64,000 bases of DNA from positions 12,338,001-12,402,000 of the forward strand of contig NC_091289.1 in assembly GCF_032444005.1 (NCBI RefSeq). The letters are read 5' to 3'. Under the pieces are notes generated by a model. That model did no database searches, was not told where the DNA came from, and worked only from the letters and a program-made list of their open reading frames with translations. Made by a program: the position numbers and the translations under genes. Positions 25,188-37,900 of this stretch are shown here, piece by piece (position 1 is the first letter of the stretch; each line of letters starts with the position of its first letter). Origin of the DNA: Ranitomeya imitator. Lineage: Eukaryota.

Positions 25188-25356
25188 GCCGCTATGGTGA
25201 AATGAAAGCTGAGCTCTGGTTGCCACGGTAAAATGAAAGCTAAGCTTTGGTTGCCATGGGGAAATGAAAGCTTAGCCCTGGTTGCTATGGTGAAATGAAA
25301 GCTGAGCTCTTGTTGCTATGGTAAAATGATAATTTGGCTGCCGTTGCTATGGGCAG
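25188..25356. repeat. 31-bp tandem repeat, about 6 copies, with X-box-like half sites
   Basis: GTTGC(C/T)A(T/C)GG at 25219, 25250, 25281, 25312 and 25343, spaced exactly 31 bp apart. Confidence 0.85.
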
Positions 25357-25389
25357 CATGCCATTTTGCTGTCAAGGCAGCTCTGATGA

Positions 25390-26910
25390 ATGAGATCTGA
25401 TAAATATCCCAAGTGGAGATTAGAATAGCAGGTGTGACCTCACAAGTGGAGACTAGATAAGCAGATGTGACATCACAAGTGGAGATCAGAATAGCAGGTG
25501 TGACCTCACAAGTGGAGATTATAATAGGTGTGACCTCACAAGTGGAGACTAGATAAGCAGATGTGACATCACAAGTGGAGACTAGATAAGCAGGTGTTTC
25601 CTCACAAGTGGAGACTAGATGAGCAGGTGTGACATCACAAATGGAGATTATAATAGCAGGTGTGACTTCACAAGTGGAGACTAGATAAGTGGGTGTGACA
25701 TCACAAGTGGAGACTAGATAAGCAGGCGTGACATCACAAGTAGAGATTATAATAGCAGCTGTGACATCACAAGTGGATATTAGATAAGTAGCTGTGACAT
25801 CACCAGTGGAGACTAGATAAGCAGGTGTGACATCACAAGTGGAGATTATAATAGCAGGTGTGACCTCACAAATGGAGACTAAATAAGTGGGTGTGACATC
25901 ACAAGTGGAGACTAGATAAGCAGACGTGACATCACAAGTAGAGATTATAATAGCTATGCCATCACAAGTGGATATTAGATAAGTAGCTGTGACATCACCA
26001 GTGGAGACTAGATAAGCAGGTGTGACATCACAAGTAGAGATTATAATAGCAGGTGTGACCTGAAGAGACTAGATCAGCGGGTGTGACATCACAAGTGGAG
26101 ACTAGACAAGCAGGTGTGACATCACAAATGGAGATTATAATAGCAGGTGTGACCTCACAAGTGGAGACTAGATAAGTGGGTGTGACATCACAAGTGGAGA
26201 CTAGATAAGCAGGCGTGACATCACAAGTAGAGATTATAGCAGCTGTGACATCACAAGTGGATATTAGATAAGTAGCTGTGACATCACCAGTGGAGACTAG
26301 ATAAGCAGGTGTGACATCACAAGTGGAGATTATAATAGCAGGTGTGACCTGAAGTGGAGACTAGATCAGCGGGTGTGACATCACAAGTGGAGACTAGACA
26401 AGCAGGTGTGACATCACAAATGGAGATTATAATAGCAGGTGTGACCTCACAAGTGGAGACTAGATAAGTGGGTGTGACATCACAAGTGGAGACTAGATAA
26501 GCAGGCGTGACATCACAAGTAGAGATTATAGCAGCTGTGACATCACAAGTGGATATTAGATAAGTAGCTGTGACATCACCAGTGGAGACTAGATAAGCAG
26601 GTGTGACATCACAAGTGGAGATTATAATAGCAGGTGTGACCTCACAAGTGGAGACTAGATAAGTGGGTGTGACATCACAAGTGGAGACTAGATAAGCAGG
26701 CGTGACATCACAAGTAGAGATTATAATAGCAGCTGTGACATCACAAGTGGATATTAGATAAGTAGCTGTGACATCACCAGTGGAGACTAGATAAGCAGGT
26801 GTGACATCACAAGTGGAGATTAAATAAGCAGGTGTGACATCACAAGTGGAGATTATAATAGGTGTGACCTCACAAGTGGAGACTAGATCAGCAGGTGTGA
26901 CATCACAACT
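25390..26910. repeat. About 31-bp minisatellite, about 48 copies, with alternating variants and higher-order blocks
   Basis: Unit GCAGGTGTGACATCACAAGTGGAGA(CTAGATAA/TTATAATA); degenerate TGTGACATCAC copies continue to about 27375. Confidence 0.95.
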
Positions 26911-27014
26911 GTTTCAGACATGGAAGATGTTATAGAATCGTATTTCGGTCGGGTAAGCTACTGTGACCTCACACTACATATTAGCCAGGTGAGCAGCTGT
27001 GACATCACAAGACT

Positions 27015-27210
27015 TTATTATTATTATTATTATTTATTATTATAGCGCCATTTATTCCATGGCGCTTTACATGTGAGGAGGGGTATACATAATAAAACAG
27101 GTACAATAATCTTGAACAATACAAGTCATAACTGGTACAGGAGGAGAGAGGACCCTGCCCGCGAGGGCTCACAATCTACAAGGGATGGGTGAGGATACAG
27201 TAGGTGAGGC
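27015..27210 (-). mobile_element. Probable LINE 3'-end fragment with (AAT)n tail, reverse orientation
   Basis: (TTA)n tail followed by TATAGCGCCATTTATTCCATGGCGCTTTACA; a related fragment lies at about 39817-39950. The family assignment is from recall only. Confidence 0.45.
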
Positions 27211-27488
27211 AGTAGTCTTAGTCATGTAAGTTACTATGACATCACAGCTGGTGTTTCTCGGTGAGCTGCTGTGACATCATGGGTTTCCGGTCAGGTAGGT
27301 TACTATGACATCATAATTCTTTTAGCTCTGACATCCCTAGGGCTTCATTGAGGATTGTTTCTGTGACATCACAATGGGCCTGATTCATTCTTCCATTTGC
27401 GCCTGTTACTTGTCGAGTTTTTAGTGTTTTGCGCCTTATTCATCTTTATCGCGCGTTTTTTTTACTTCACTATTGTGGACGAGTTTAA

Positions 27489-27859
27489 GGCTATGTGCAC
27501 ACGCAGGAAAAGAGGTGCAGAATTTTCTGCACAAAATCCGCATCTTCTGGCAGAATCAGCAGCCGCGGATTTTGTGCAGTTTTTATGCGGAATTGATGCG
27601 GATTTTGTGCGGATTTTCAGTGGTTTTGGCCACTGCGGAATTATATCATGGAGGGGTGCAGAAACGCTGCAGATCTGCACAAAAGAAGCGACATGCACTT
27701 CTTTCAAATACGCAGCAATTCCGCACTGATGTTTCTGCACCATCTGCACAACTTTTGTTTTTTTCCATAGAATAACATTATACTGTACATCACAGTGCGG
27801 ATCTGCAGCGTTTCTGCGTGGAAAAATCCGCAGCAAATCCGCATCGTGTGCACATAGCC
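27489..27859. mobile_element. MITE, PIF/Harbinger (Tourist)-like
   Basis: Perfect TIRs GGCTATGTGCACACG and CGTGTGCACATAGCC; TAA TSD at 27486-27488 and 27860-27862. Confidence 0.9.
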
Positions 27860-28947
27860 TAAGGCTCGTCGTTTGTGGCTTTTCAAAGAGTCATGAAATG
27901 TTCTCCAGGCCCATCCACCACCCCCGGAGTGATTTTTATACACGCCTGAAATTTTGGCACAATTTTTTTGTGTCATTTTAGCAGAACATGTGACTTTTTG
28001 GCTGTTAAAAAAAAAAAAGATGCAAAACAGGAAATTTTAAAAAATTATCGAGAAATGTGATAATTTGTCCCAAGAAAAACCTCAGCGAATAACAAAATAA
28101 AAATTAAAAAAAGGAAACGCAAATGATGAATGTTTCTTTTCGGGAAGCTACTATGACAACTCTTGTGGTCTCCTGCACCATTGTGTGTCACATCTTTCCT
28201 CTATAGTAACTGTCTCCATAGCACGCTGCTCCTATATGAGGTGGGGGGAGGGCTACGTGCCAGCTTTAGGGGTCCAGCTGCCATGCGGTCCCTTCCGTGG
28301 CCCGATTGGCTTGCAGAGCATTGTGCCATTGTATGCTGGTAGTGCAGCACAGAGGAGGAGCTGTGGGCAGAGTGCTGGCAGTAGGACCATGCGGGTGAGC
28401 GGAGATCTGCAGCCAGACACTGCGCCAGCCCTGCAGGGAGGAGGTGAGGATCTGTGCAGGATACTATGTATCAGGGAGATGCAGCGAATGTATCAGTCAG
28501 TGCTGGAGGATACAGACCCCTGGGCTCCATCATTGGGTCTTGGCACAGATTAGGCGATGCCCCTGCCACCTGCCCCTATGGCCTCTTACAGCTCCTGGCC
28601 CTCCTTATCCTAGAAGATCGAGCCGGTTCTGGGAGATCTCCCTCTGTCACCCTACCAAGAACTGACCCGGCATGCACTAATGTCCAGCGCTGGCCCGCCG
28701 GTCCCAGCAGTAAATGCCCACGCCGCCACTAAACGCCCTGGTGATTTTGATGGTTCTTTCTCAACAGGAATTTGCAAGGTGACACTTTGAAGTGGGCAGT
28801 GTTCCTCAGACACCTGTAGATCTTAGACCCCCCGGTAAGGAGGAAAAAAAAAGAAGAAGCAAGCTGGCATTGAAGTGCCCTCCATCCGTGCCTGGGCTAT
28901 AGGGATGTCCTCTGCTCCGAGGGTGGACATAGCACACTGACGTGATC

Positions 28948-28975
28948 ATGCTGCGAGCCTGGCACCTCTTCTTGG
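28948..28975 (+). CDS. PODXL2: PODXL2 exon 1 coding part (signal peptide start)
   Basis: atcATG CTG CGA GCC TGG CAC CTC TTC TTG G|GTAAG; the phase-1 donor fits exon 2 and together they form a hydrophobic signal peptide. Confidence 0.72.
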
Positions 28976-31900
28976 GTAAGATCTGCTTCGTTCTGGCACT
29001 GACATGGCAGCGGCGGGTCGTGTCGCAGTGTCTGACACCAGGCATGCTATTTTAAAAATTCATGCAGCAAAGGGAGGGCACGTCTCACAATGGCACCTTG
29101 GGTACTGTCCAGAGGCAGCCTGCCAGCCCAGCCCTGAAATCTATATATATACAGTATATAGAGGCCATTGTGTCCCGCAGCGTCTGCCACTTTAATTAGA
29201 TTGCAAGCTCTTTGGCCCGGCAGACGAGCCCGTCTGCTTTATTTGGCACACGTCTTCCTGCTTGAGAAACGCTCTCAGAAAATGTAATGAGATTAGGGAT
29301 CTGTCGCGGCTGCGAGACATTCATCACACTAAACAGGCCCCCGAGGATCACATCACTAATTTAGTAATGTGTCTGCGTGACCCCGACGCGCGTCCTCCCA
29401 TCAGGGGGTGTAACGCCGCTTCTGTAATTGAGAACGACTGCTTTCTTGGACGCAGATTGTAGTTGTTAGTCTTTAACCAATTACTCCCTCCAACCGCCAT
29501 ATATAGCACGAGCGAAGGGGGCAATCTACCTAGCGCCTCCACCATACCGCCCCCCTCCATTGTCTAAACTTGTGGTGTTGGCGGTGGTAATATTTTAGAA
29601 ATACATATCGTAACGGTGGTATTAATAAGACACTGTGGCGGTATTATTTATGTACTATAAGGCTGTCATGTGGCATTATAGAACAATCCTTTATTCTTAA
29701 AGGGGTTGTCCCATAAACAATGTACATAATCTGTGTTGTAGATAAATGTATGATCCTCTGGGACCCCCAGTAATCCCAAGACTAGGGTCCTAAAGTCCCC
29801 TTGTGAATGCAGTGATGCAGAACATGCCCTCTACCACTCCATGCACACAGAGGATTTTGAGCCCCCCATTGTCAGAATTCAACATCTATTTTCTGTGATT
29901 AGGTGATAAATGTGCTTTATGGAACAACCCCTTTAATATGATTTTCCCTTTAACTACATCTTTGGATATAGTGAAATAAAAATCCATTATTCTTTATGTG
30001 ACTGACAATTTGGGGTTCACACCGGGACTAAAATGCATTAGTTTGTTATCGAGTAGAATGCTGGGAGTTGTAGTTTGTCAACAGTTACATACTAGTGTCT
30101 ACGGGTTCTGACCAGCCGGGTCTCTGTCCGCAGGGTTCTCCTGCTTCCTCCTGGCCGCCTGCGAGGACCCCCATACAGAAGGACTCTCCTCCACATCTCT
30201 GCTGGACGTGTCATTGTCCAATCTGGAGAGCGTGGATTCCGGCGAGCGCGGCGCTGACGGTTACCCAGATACCGACTTTCGGCACAACCTCCTCCATACA
30301 CCTCAGGGCTCTGGATTTTCCAGCCAAGAGACAGAAGAAATCTCCATTTTTCAGTCACCAAAATATTTCTGGGATGATGAAGTGAAGAAATCGAATGACA
30401 GCGAAGATCAAAGCAGAAGTCAGACAGGTAAAAGCGGAGACCCCCATATCCTGCACATTGTGCCTAATGCTTAAAGGTTGAGTGACGTGTCCATCAAATG
30501 TACGGCTAGATAGGTGGGGACTGAATCTGGGAACAACTGATACCTGGGAAATGTGTGTGTGCCATGCTGAAAGCAACATATATAAAATAGAATCATTCTA
30601 CATAGTTAGTAAATATACTACATTACTTTTCCTCGGGAGCTGCACTCACTATTCTGCTGGTGCAGTCACTGTGTACATACATTACATTACTGATCCTGGA
30701 GTTACCTCCTGTATTATACTCCAGAGCTGCACTCACTATTCTGCTGGTGCAGTCACTGTGTACATACATTACATTACTGATCCTGAGTTACATCCTGTAT
30801 TATACTCCAGAGCTGCACTCACTATTCTGCTGGTGCAGTCACTGTGTACATACATTACATTACTGACCCTGAGTTACATCCTGTATTATACCCCAGAGCT
30901 GCACTCACTATTCAGCTGGTGGAGTGACTGTGTTAAAAAAAATAGCAAAATTGTAGGTGTAGCTTTCAAATATAATAAGAATAAGTAATGTATGTACACA
31001 GTGACTGCACCAGCAGAATAGTGAGTGCAGCTCTGGAGTATAATACAGGATGTAACTCAGGATCAGTAATGTAATGTATGTACACAGTGACTGCACCAGC
31101 AGAATAGTGAGCGCAGCTCTGGGGTATTATACAGGATGTAACTCAGGATCAGTAATGTAATGTATGTGCACAGTGACTGCACCAGCAGAATAGTCAGTGC
31201 AGCTCTGGGGTATAATACAGGATGTAACTCAGGATCAGTAATGTAATGTATGTACACAGTGACTGCACCAGCAGAATAGTGAGTGCAGCTCTGGAGTATA
31301 ATACAGGATGTAACTCAGGATCAGTAATGTAATGTATGTACACAGTGACTGCACCAGCAGAATAGTGAGTGCAGCTCTGGAGTATAATACAGGAGGTAAC
31401 TCAGGATCAGTAATGTAATGTATGTACACAGTGATTGCACCAGCAGAATAGTGAGTGCAGCTCTGGAGTATAATACAGGATGTAACTCAGGATCAGTAAC
31501 GTAATGTATGTACACAGTGACTGCATCAACAGAATAGTGAGTGCAGCTCTGGAGTATAACACAGGATGTAACTCAGGATCAGTAACGTAATGTATGTACA
31601 CAGTGACTGCACCAGCAGAATAGTGAGTGCAGCTCTGGAGTATAATACAGGATGTAACTCAGGATCAGTAATGTAATGTATGTACACCGTGACAGCACCA
31701 GCAGAATAGTGAGTGCAGCTCTGGAGTATAATACAGGATGTAACTCAGGATCAGTAATGTAATGTATGTACACAGTGACTGCACCAGCAGAATAGTGAGC
31801 GCAGCTCTGGAATATAATACAGGATGTAACTCAGGATCAGTAATGTAATGTATGTATATAGTGACTGCACCAGCAGAATAGTGAGTGCAGCTCTGGAGTA

Positions 31901-34900
31901 TAATACAGGAGGTAACTCAGGATCAGTAATGTAATGTATGTACACAGTGACTGCACCAGCAGAATAGTGAGTGCAGCTCTGGAGTATAATACAGGATGTA
32001 ACTCAGGATCAGTAATGTAATGTATGTACACAGTGACTGCACCAGCAGAATAGTGAGTGCAGCTCTGGAGTATAATACAGGAGGTAACTCAGGATCAGTA
32101 ATGTAATGTATGTACACAGTGATTGCACCAGCAGAATAGTGAGTGCAGCTCTGGAGTATAATACAGGAGGTAACTCAGGATCAGTAATGTAATGTATGTA
32201 CACAGTGACTGCACCAGCAGAATAGTGAGTGCAGCTCTGGAGTATAATACAGGAGGTAACTCAGGATCAGTAATGTATGTGCACAGTGACTGCACCAGCA
32301 GAATAGTGAGCGCAGCTCTGGAGGATAATTCAGAATAAGTAATTTGTGTAGAGATGTTTGTATAGTATTCATCTCGCAGTAACATTGTGTCTGGAGTGTG
32401 GGGGGCATACATTGCAGTGTGTTATATACTATGTGGGGTGGTCTGTGCTATCACATCTGCTTTTATTGGAGGTGACGTGGCTGCATGATGAGACCATTGT
32501 GTAATTCATGGTCTTCACCTCTGACTCTTTCAGTCTTGAGTAAATAATTCTCAATTACTGTTTATATAAAAAAAATCTTTCTAATGTTCTTTTTGTTTTT
32601 TATTTTTACCACTGTAAGTTCTCTGCTTGGTGTCAGTGAATAGATAAAACCTTGTTTATATCCAGAAGCCGAAAACTTTTGAACACCAAACCTTTTTCTC
32701 ACTTGTTACAATTGTCTCCTGCCTAAAAAATAATCTTCAGTAAACGAAATAGTTTGGACACAAAACTAATACAATGTATCAGTGCAGGGGAAAAATGTAA
32801 CAAACTATCAGGGCAGGAGATATCAGCTCAGCTCATGAATTCTTCTCTACATTGTAACAAACCCTCATCTCTGAAAGATATAAAAATGGGTTTACGCCCC
32901 TCAGATGTAAAAAATAGAAGATCATATGTTATTTCCTCCACAGATGGACCAGATACCACGCATATCTATGGTGTTAACCAAGAAGAGACCACAGATCGCA
33001 GCAGCAGTTTACCTAAAGAAATCGTGGAAACGTCTACAACGTTGTGGTCTACGGACATCGATGGGTCCTCCAAACTATCATCTCCAAGCACCAAGATCCC
33101 AGAAGAAGAAAACACCATCAAAGCAACAGCCCAGAATGCGAGGATAGCACCATTTCCAAATATCGAGGATAGGACACTTTCCAAGCTGGTGGTCTCTACT
33201 ACTGTGCACCCAACGGCCAAACCTTCCAGGAAGAACAGGAAACATTCATGGTCCAAAAACCATCATGGAAACCACAACCACGAGTCAAACACCCGGCCTG
33301 GACCTCCAGCTGATTCACGGGGGCTTCCAGCAGGACATTCCCGTCACGGACCTGGATATCATGAAGATGAAGGCCAAGCAACCCAGTCATTGCATATTGT
33401 CAGTGAAGAAGGGAAAATTAGGTTCTCTACCCAACGAGATGAATATTTGACCAAGGCAGTGGTCCCCAGCGAGGTATCGGTGGCGTCACATCAGGTTCGG
33501 CCGGGCAGTGAACGCTCTATTGTTTCTTGAGCACTGGAATCACAGTTGTAGGATTTGGGGTACAGTGAGTGATGACGAGCCATAATGTTCACTGGGCCAT
33601 AAAAGCTAAATATATTGTTAAATGTCATTCTCAGATCAGATCTCAAGTCTGAGGTCCGGCTAGCCCACCAGAGGGAGGACCTTCTGGAGATACCAGGTCC
33701 TCAGTAATAGTGCAGAGCTGGGGGTTACTTCCTAAATATTCCTTATAGTTCCATGTTTGCAGCGCTGGTCTTACCATACTGTCTGGTGTGTGAGCTCCTT
33801 TAAGGTGTTACCGCACTTCTTTATTTTCGAGGACTTGTTACATTTACCATTTTTATTTCCAGGTAATCTGCAAGGATTGGATTAATCTGGCCGGAAAGAA
33901 CTATGTTATACTGAACATGTCGGATGATATTGACTGCGTGAGTACCGTGTAGTTTTCCGAAACGTCATCATTCTTATTCTGAACCCGGAGCTGAACGCGG
34001 CCTGATGCTTGCAGTGAACAAGGGGGTCTTTAGGGTCCTCGGCTTCAGCCCCAAAATCAGTATTTAAAAGGGTTTTCCAACTTCATAAAATAACCTGTTT
34101 CCTGGCTGCAATTTCTTAAAATAAAAAAAAAAATAATAAAAAAAAAAAAGAGCTTTGCTCACCCTCCCCAGGTCCAGGGCTGAGACTGCGCTACTGCTCC
34201 CAGTATACGTGATTGTGAGCTCAGCGGCTCTGCCCGAGTTGACGGCACAATGCCGCTCAGAGCCGCCAAGCTCACTGATTGACTGCAGCGCTTTTGTCGT
34301 GATGTCAGCGCTGCAGACAATAACAGGCACCGGGAACAGCGGGGAGCCTCAACGTTGGACCTGGAGAGGGTGAGTTGAGAATAGTTTTGTTTTTTTTTTC
34401 ATTTTTAAACAAACTGCAGGTGAAGGACGTGAGTTTTCTGAAAGTGGAAAACCCCTTTAAATAGTACTCCGACTGTACTAAAGTGGTTGGTAAAGGAACG
34501 GTCGCTTCCAGCCTTTACTGAGGTAAGCATTGGCCGCCATTATTCCCCATTAAATGGCTTTATCGTTGTATTTTAATGCAATGGACTTGGATAAAGACGA
34601 TGTCCAATATTTACATTTCCTGCAGGGGTGGTACTATAACTCCCAGCATGTTTTGATAGATCGCTCCACAGGATGCGTTTCCTCCAGAGACCAGTGGTGG
34701 CGGCTTTACACCACTCCATCCAACGCTCGACATTGTGCTTGGTGATGTACGGCTCATAAACTCACGCCACGAAGCTTTTGGCCTCCATTGGGCCGGTATA
34801 CCTTTCCATTCAGCTGTTTCAAGCAGCGTGGTTGCAGTAGACATTTTTTTTTTTTTTTTTACATGGGGGCCTGTGGACGACATACGCACAACAGGTAGCG

Positions 34901-37900
34901 TGAGCGGCCCACCAGGATACGTTTATCACAAAACCCCCAATTATTATCTGCGGTGAGCGATCGCCTCCATAGCTGGCAAGGAATTTGTGTCAGCTTTTGC
35001 CTCCAAATTGTATTGTTGGAGCGCAGGCCGGAGCCTGCCCTGAGATTTAGCCGTCTCCATGACAACTGTCGACTGTCTTTATTAACCATCTCCAGGGTTT
35101 CTGTGTTACTATGGCAACAGTAGCTGGGATTAGACGGCCTTCCTGGCAGGCGGGAGGAATGTGGAAGCGTTCGGTGACCTTTCTGTACCAGCAGAGCGTC
35201 GCGGGGTACACGAGGAGGCCATCATTATTGGCCACAGCCTTCATTCACAGGCGGCCACGGTCTGATATGTTACGTTTTACCGCTGCGGGGATGAGCATCT
35301 TATTGTTCACGATCCATCATTTACATAGTTTTATCCATGTATCGTACACAGTATGTGACCCCCTCCCCAAGACCGTATCCATAGTATCCGCAGGACATGG
35401 TATACATGGCCGCTATTATGGAGCCGGGCTCACTGTTCTGCAATGGTCCACTCATTTGTAAGGACTTTCCAGCAATTTCAGCTAAGGTTTAATGTACCTG
35501 GCTGATAACCCGGACTTTAGTGCTAAACCTGAATTTATGTCAATGGAAATGAACTAGATCAGTGGTCCCCAACTCCAGGCCTCGAGGGCCACCAACAGTG
35601 CAGGTTTTCAGGATTTCCTTAGTATTGCACAGGGGTTGGAATCCAACATTGGACAGCAACATTGGACAGAGAGGATTCAGGAACGGTGTAGCAGAGCCGG
35701 GAGACGTGACAGAAACATTGGACAGAGAGGATTCAGGAATGATGTAGCAGAGCCGGTACAGAAACATTGGACAGAGAGGATTCAGGAATGATGTAGCAGA
35801 GCCGGTACAGAAACATTGGACAGAGAGGATTCAGGAACGGTGTAGCAGAACCAGGAGATGGGACAGAAATATTGGAGAGAAAGGATTCAGGAGCGATGTA
35901 GCAGAGCCGGGACAGAAACATTGGACAGAGAGGATTCAGGAACGATGTAGCAGAGCCGGAACAGAAACATTGGACAGAGAGGATTCAGGAACGATGTAGC
36001 AGAGCCGGGACAGAAACATTGGACAGAGAGGATTCAGGAACGGTGTAGCAGAACCAGGAGATGGGACAGAAACATTGGGCAGAGAGGATTCAGGAGCGAT
36101 GTAGCAGAGCCGGGACAGAAACATTGGACAGAGAGGATTCAGGAACGGTGTAGCAGAGCCGGGAGACGTGACAGAAACATTGGACAGAGAGGATTCAGGA
36201 ATGATGTAGCAGAGCCGGTACAGAAACATTGGACAGAGAGGATTCAGGAATGATGTAGCAGAGCCGGTACAGAAACATTGGACAGAGAGGATTCAGGAAC
36301 GGTGTAGCAGAACCAGGAGATGGGACAGAAATATTGGAGAGAAAGGATTCAGGAGCGATGTAGCAGAGCCGGGACAGAAACATTGGACAGAGAGGATTCA
36401 GGAGCGATGTAGCAGAGACGGGACAGAAACATTGGACAGAGAGGATTCAGGAACGGTGTAGCAGAGCTGGGAGACAGGACAGAAACATTGGACAGAGAGG
36501 ATTCAGGAACGGTGTAGCAGAGCCGGGACAGAAACATTGAACAGAGAGGATTCAGGAATGATGTAGCAGAGCCGGGAGACGGGACAGAAACATTGGACAG
36601 AGAGGATTCAGGAATGATGTAGCAGAGCCGGGAGACAGGACAGAAGCATTAGACAGAGAGGATTCAGGAACGGTGTAGCAGAGCCGGGACAGAAACATTG
36701 GACAGAGAGGATTCAGGAACGGTGTAGCAGAGCCGGGAGACGGGACAGAAACATTGGACAGAGAGGATTCAGGAACGGTGTAGCAGAGCCGGGAGACGGG
36801 ACAGAAACATTGGACAGAGAGGATTCAGGAATGATGTAGCAGAGCCGGGACAGAAACATTGGACAGAGAGGATTCAGGAACGGTGTAGCAGAGCCGGGAC
36901 AGAAACATTGGACAGAGAGGATTCAGGAATGGTGTAGCAGAGCCGGGACAGAAACATTGGACAGAGAGGATTCAGGAATGATGTAGCAGAGCCGGGAGAC
37001 GGGACAGAAACATTGGACAGAGAGGATTCAGGAATGATGTAGCAGAGCCGGGAGACGCGACAGAAGCATTAGACAGAGAGGATTCAGGAATGATGTAGCA
37101 GAGCCGGGAGACGGGACAGAAACATTGGACAGAGAGGGTTCAGTAACGATGTAGCAGAGCCGGGATAGAAACATTGGACAGAGAGGATTCAGGAATGGTG
37201 TAGCAGAGCCGGGACAGAAACATTGGACAGAGAGGATTCAGGAACGATGTAGCAGAGCCGGGACAGAAACATTGGACAGAGAGGATTCAGGAACGATGTA
37301 GCAGAGCTGAGAGATGGGACAGAAACATTGGACAGAGAGGATTCAGGAACGGTGTAGCAGAACCAGGAGATGGGACAGAAATATTGGAGGGAAAGGATTT
37401 AGGAGCGAAGTAGCAGAGCCGGGACAGAAACATTGGACAGAGAGGATTCAGGAACGATGTAGCAGAGCCGGGATAGAAACATTGGACAGAGAGGATTCAG
37501 GAACAGTGTAGCAGAGCCAGGAGATGGGACAGAAACATTGGACAGAGAGGATTCAGGAACGATGTAGCAGAGCCGGGATAGAAACATTGGACAGAGAGGA
37601 TTCAGGAACGATGTAGCAGAGCCGGGATAGAAACATTGGACAGAGAGGATTCAGGAACAGTGTAGCAGAGCCAGGAGATGGGACAGAAACATTGGACAGA
37701 GAGGATTCAGGAACGATGTAGCAGAGCCGGGATAGAAACATTGGACAGAGAGGATTCAGGAACGATGTAGCAGAGCCGGGATAGAAACATTGGACAGAGA
37801 GGATTCAGGAACGATGTAGCAGAGCCAGGAGACGGGACAGAAGCATTGGACAGAGGATTCTGCAATGAAGTAGCAGAGCTGGGAGATAGGACAGAATTAG

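Noticed and set aside
28454-28732. ORF containing hydrophobic YGLLQLLALLILE as an alternative PODXL2 signal-peptide exon
   Set aside because: There is no GT donor after the hydrophobic stretch and no nearby ATG. The 28948-28975 exon has an ATG, a GTAAG donor and the correct phase.
32754-32943. 5' extension of the 258-aa ORF upstream of PODXL2 exon 3
   Set aside because: The start is a TTG. The best pyrimidine-tract acceptor with the required phase is at 32942-32943, so the upstream part is read as intron. An alternative acceptor cannot be fully excluded.
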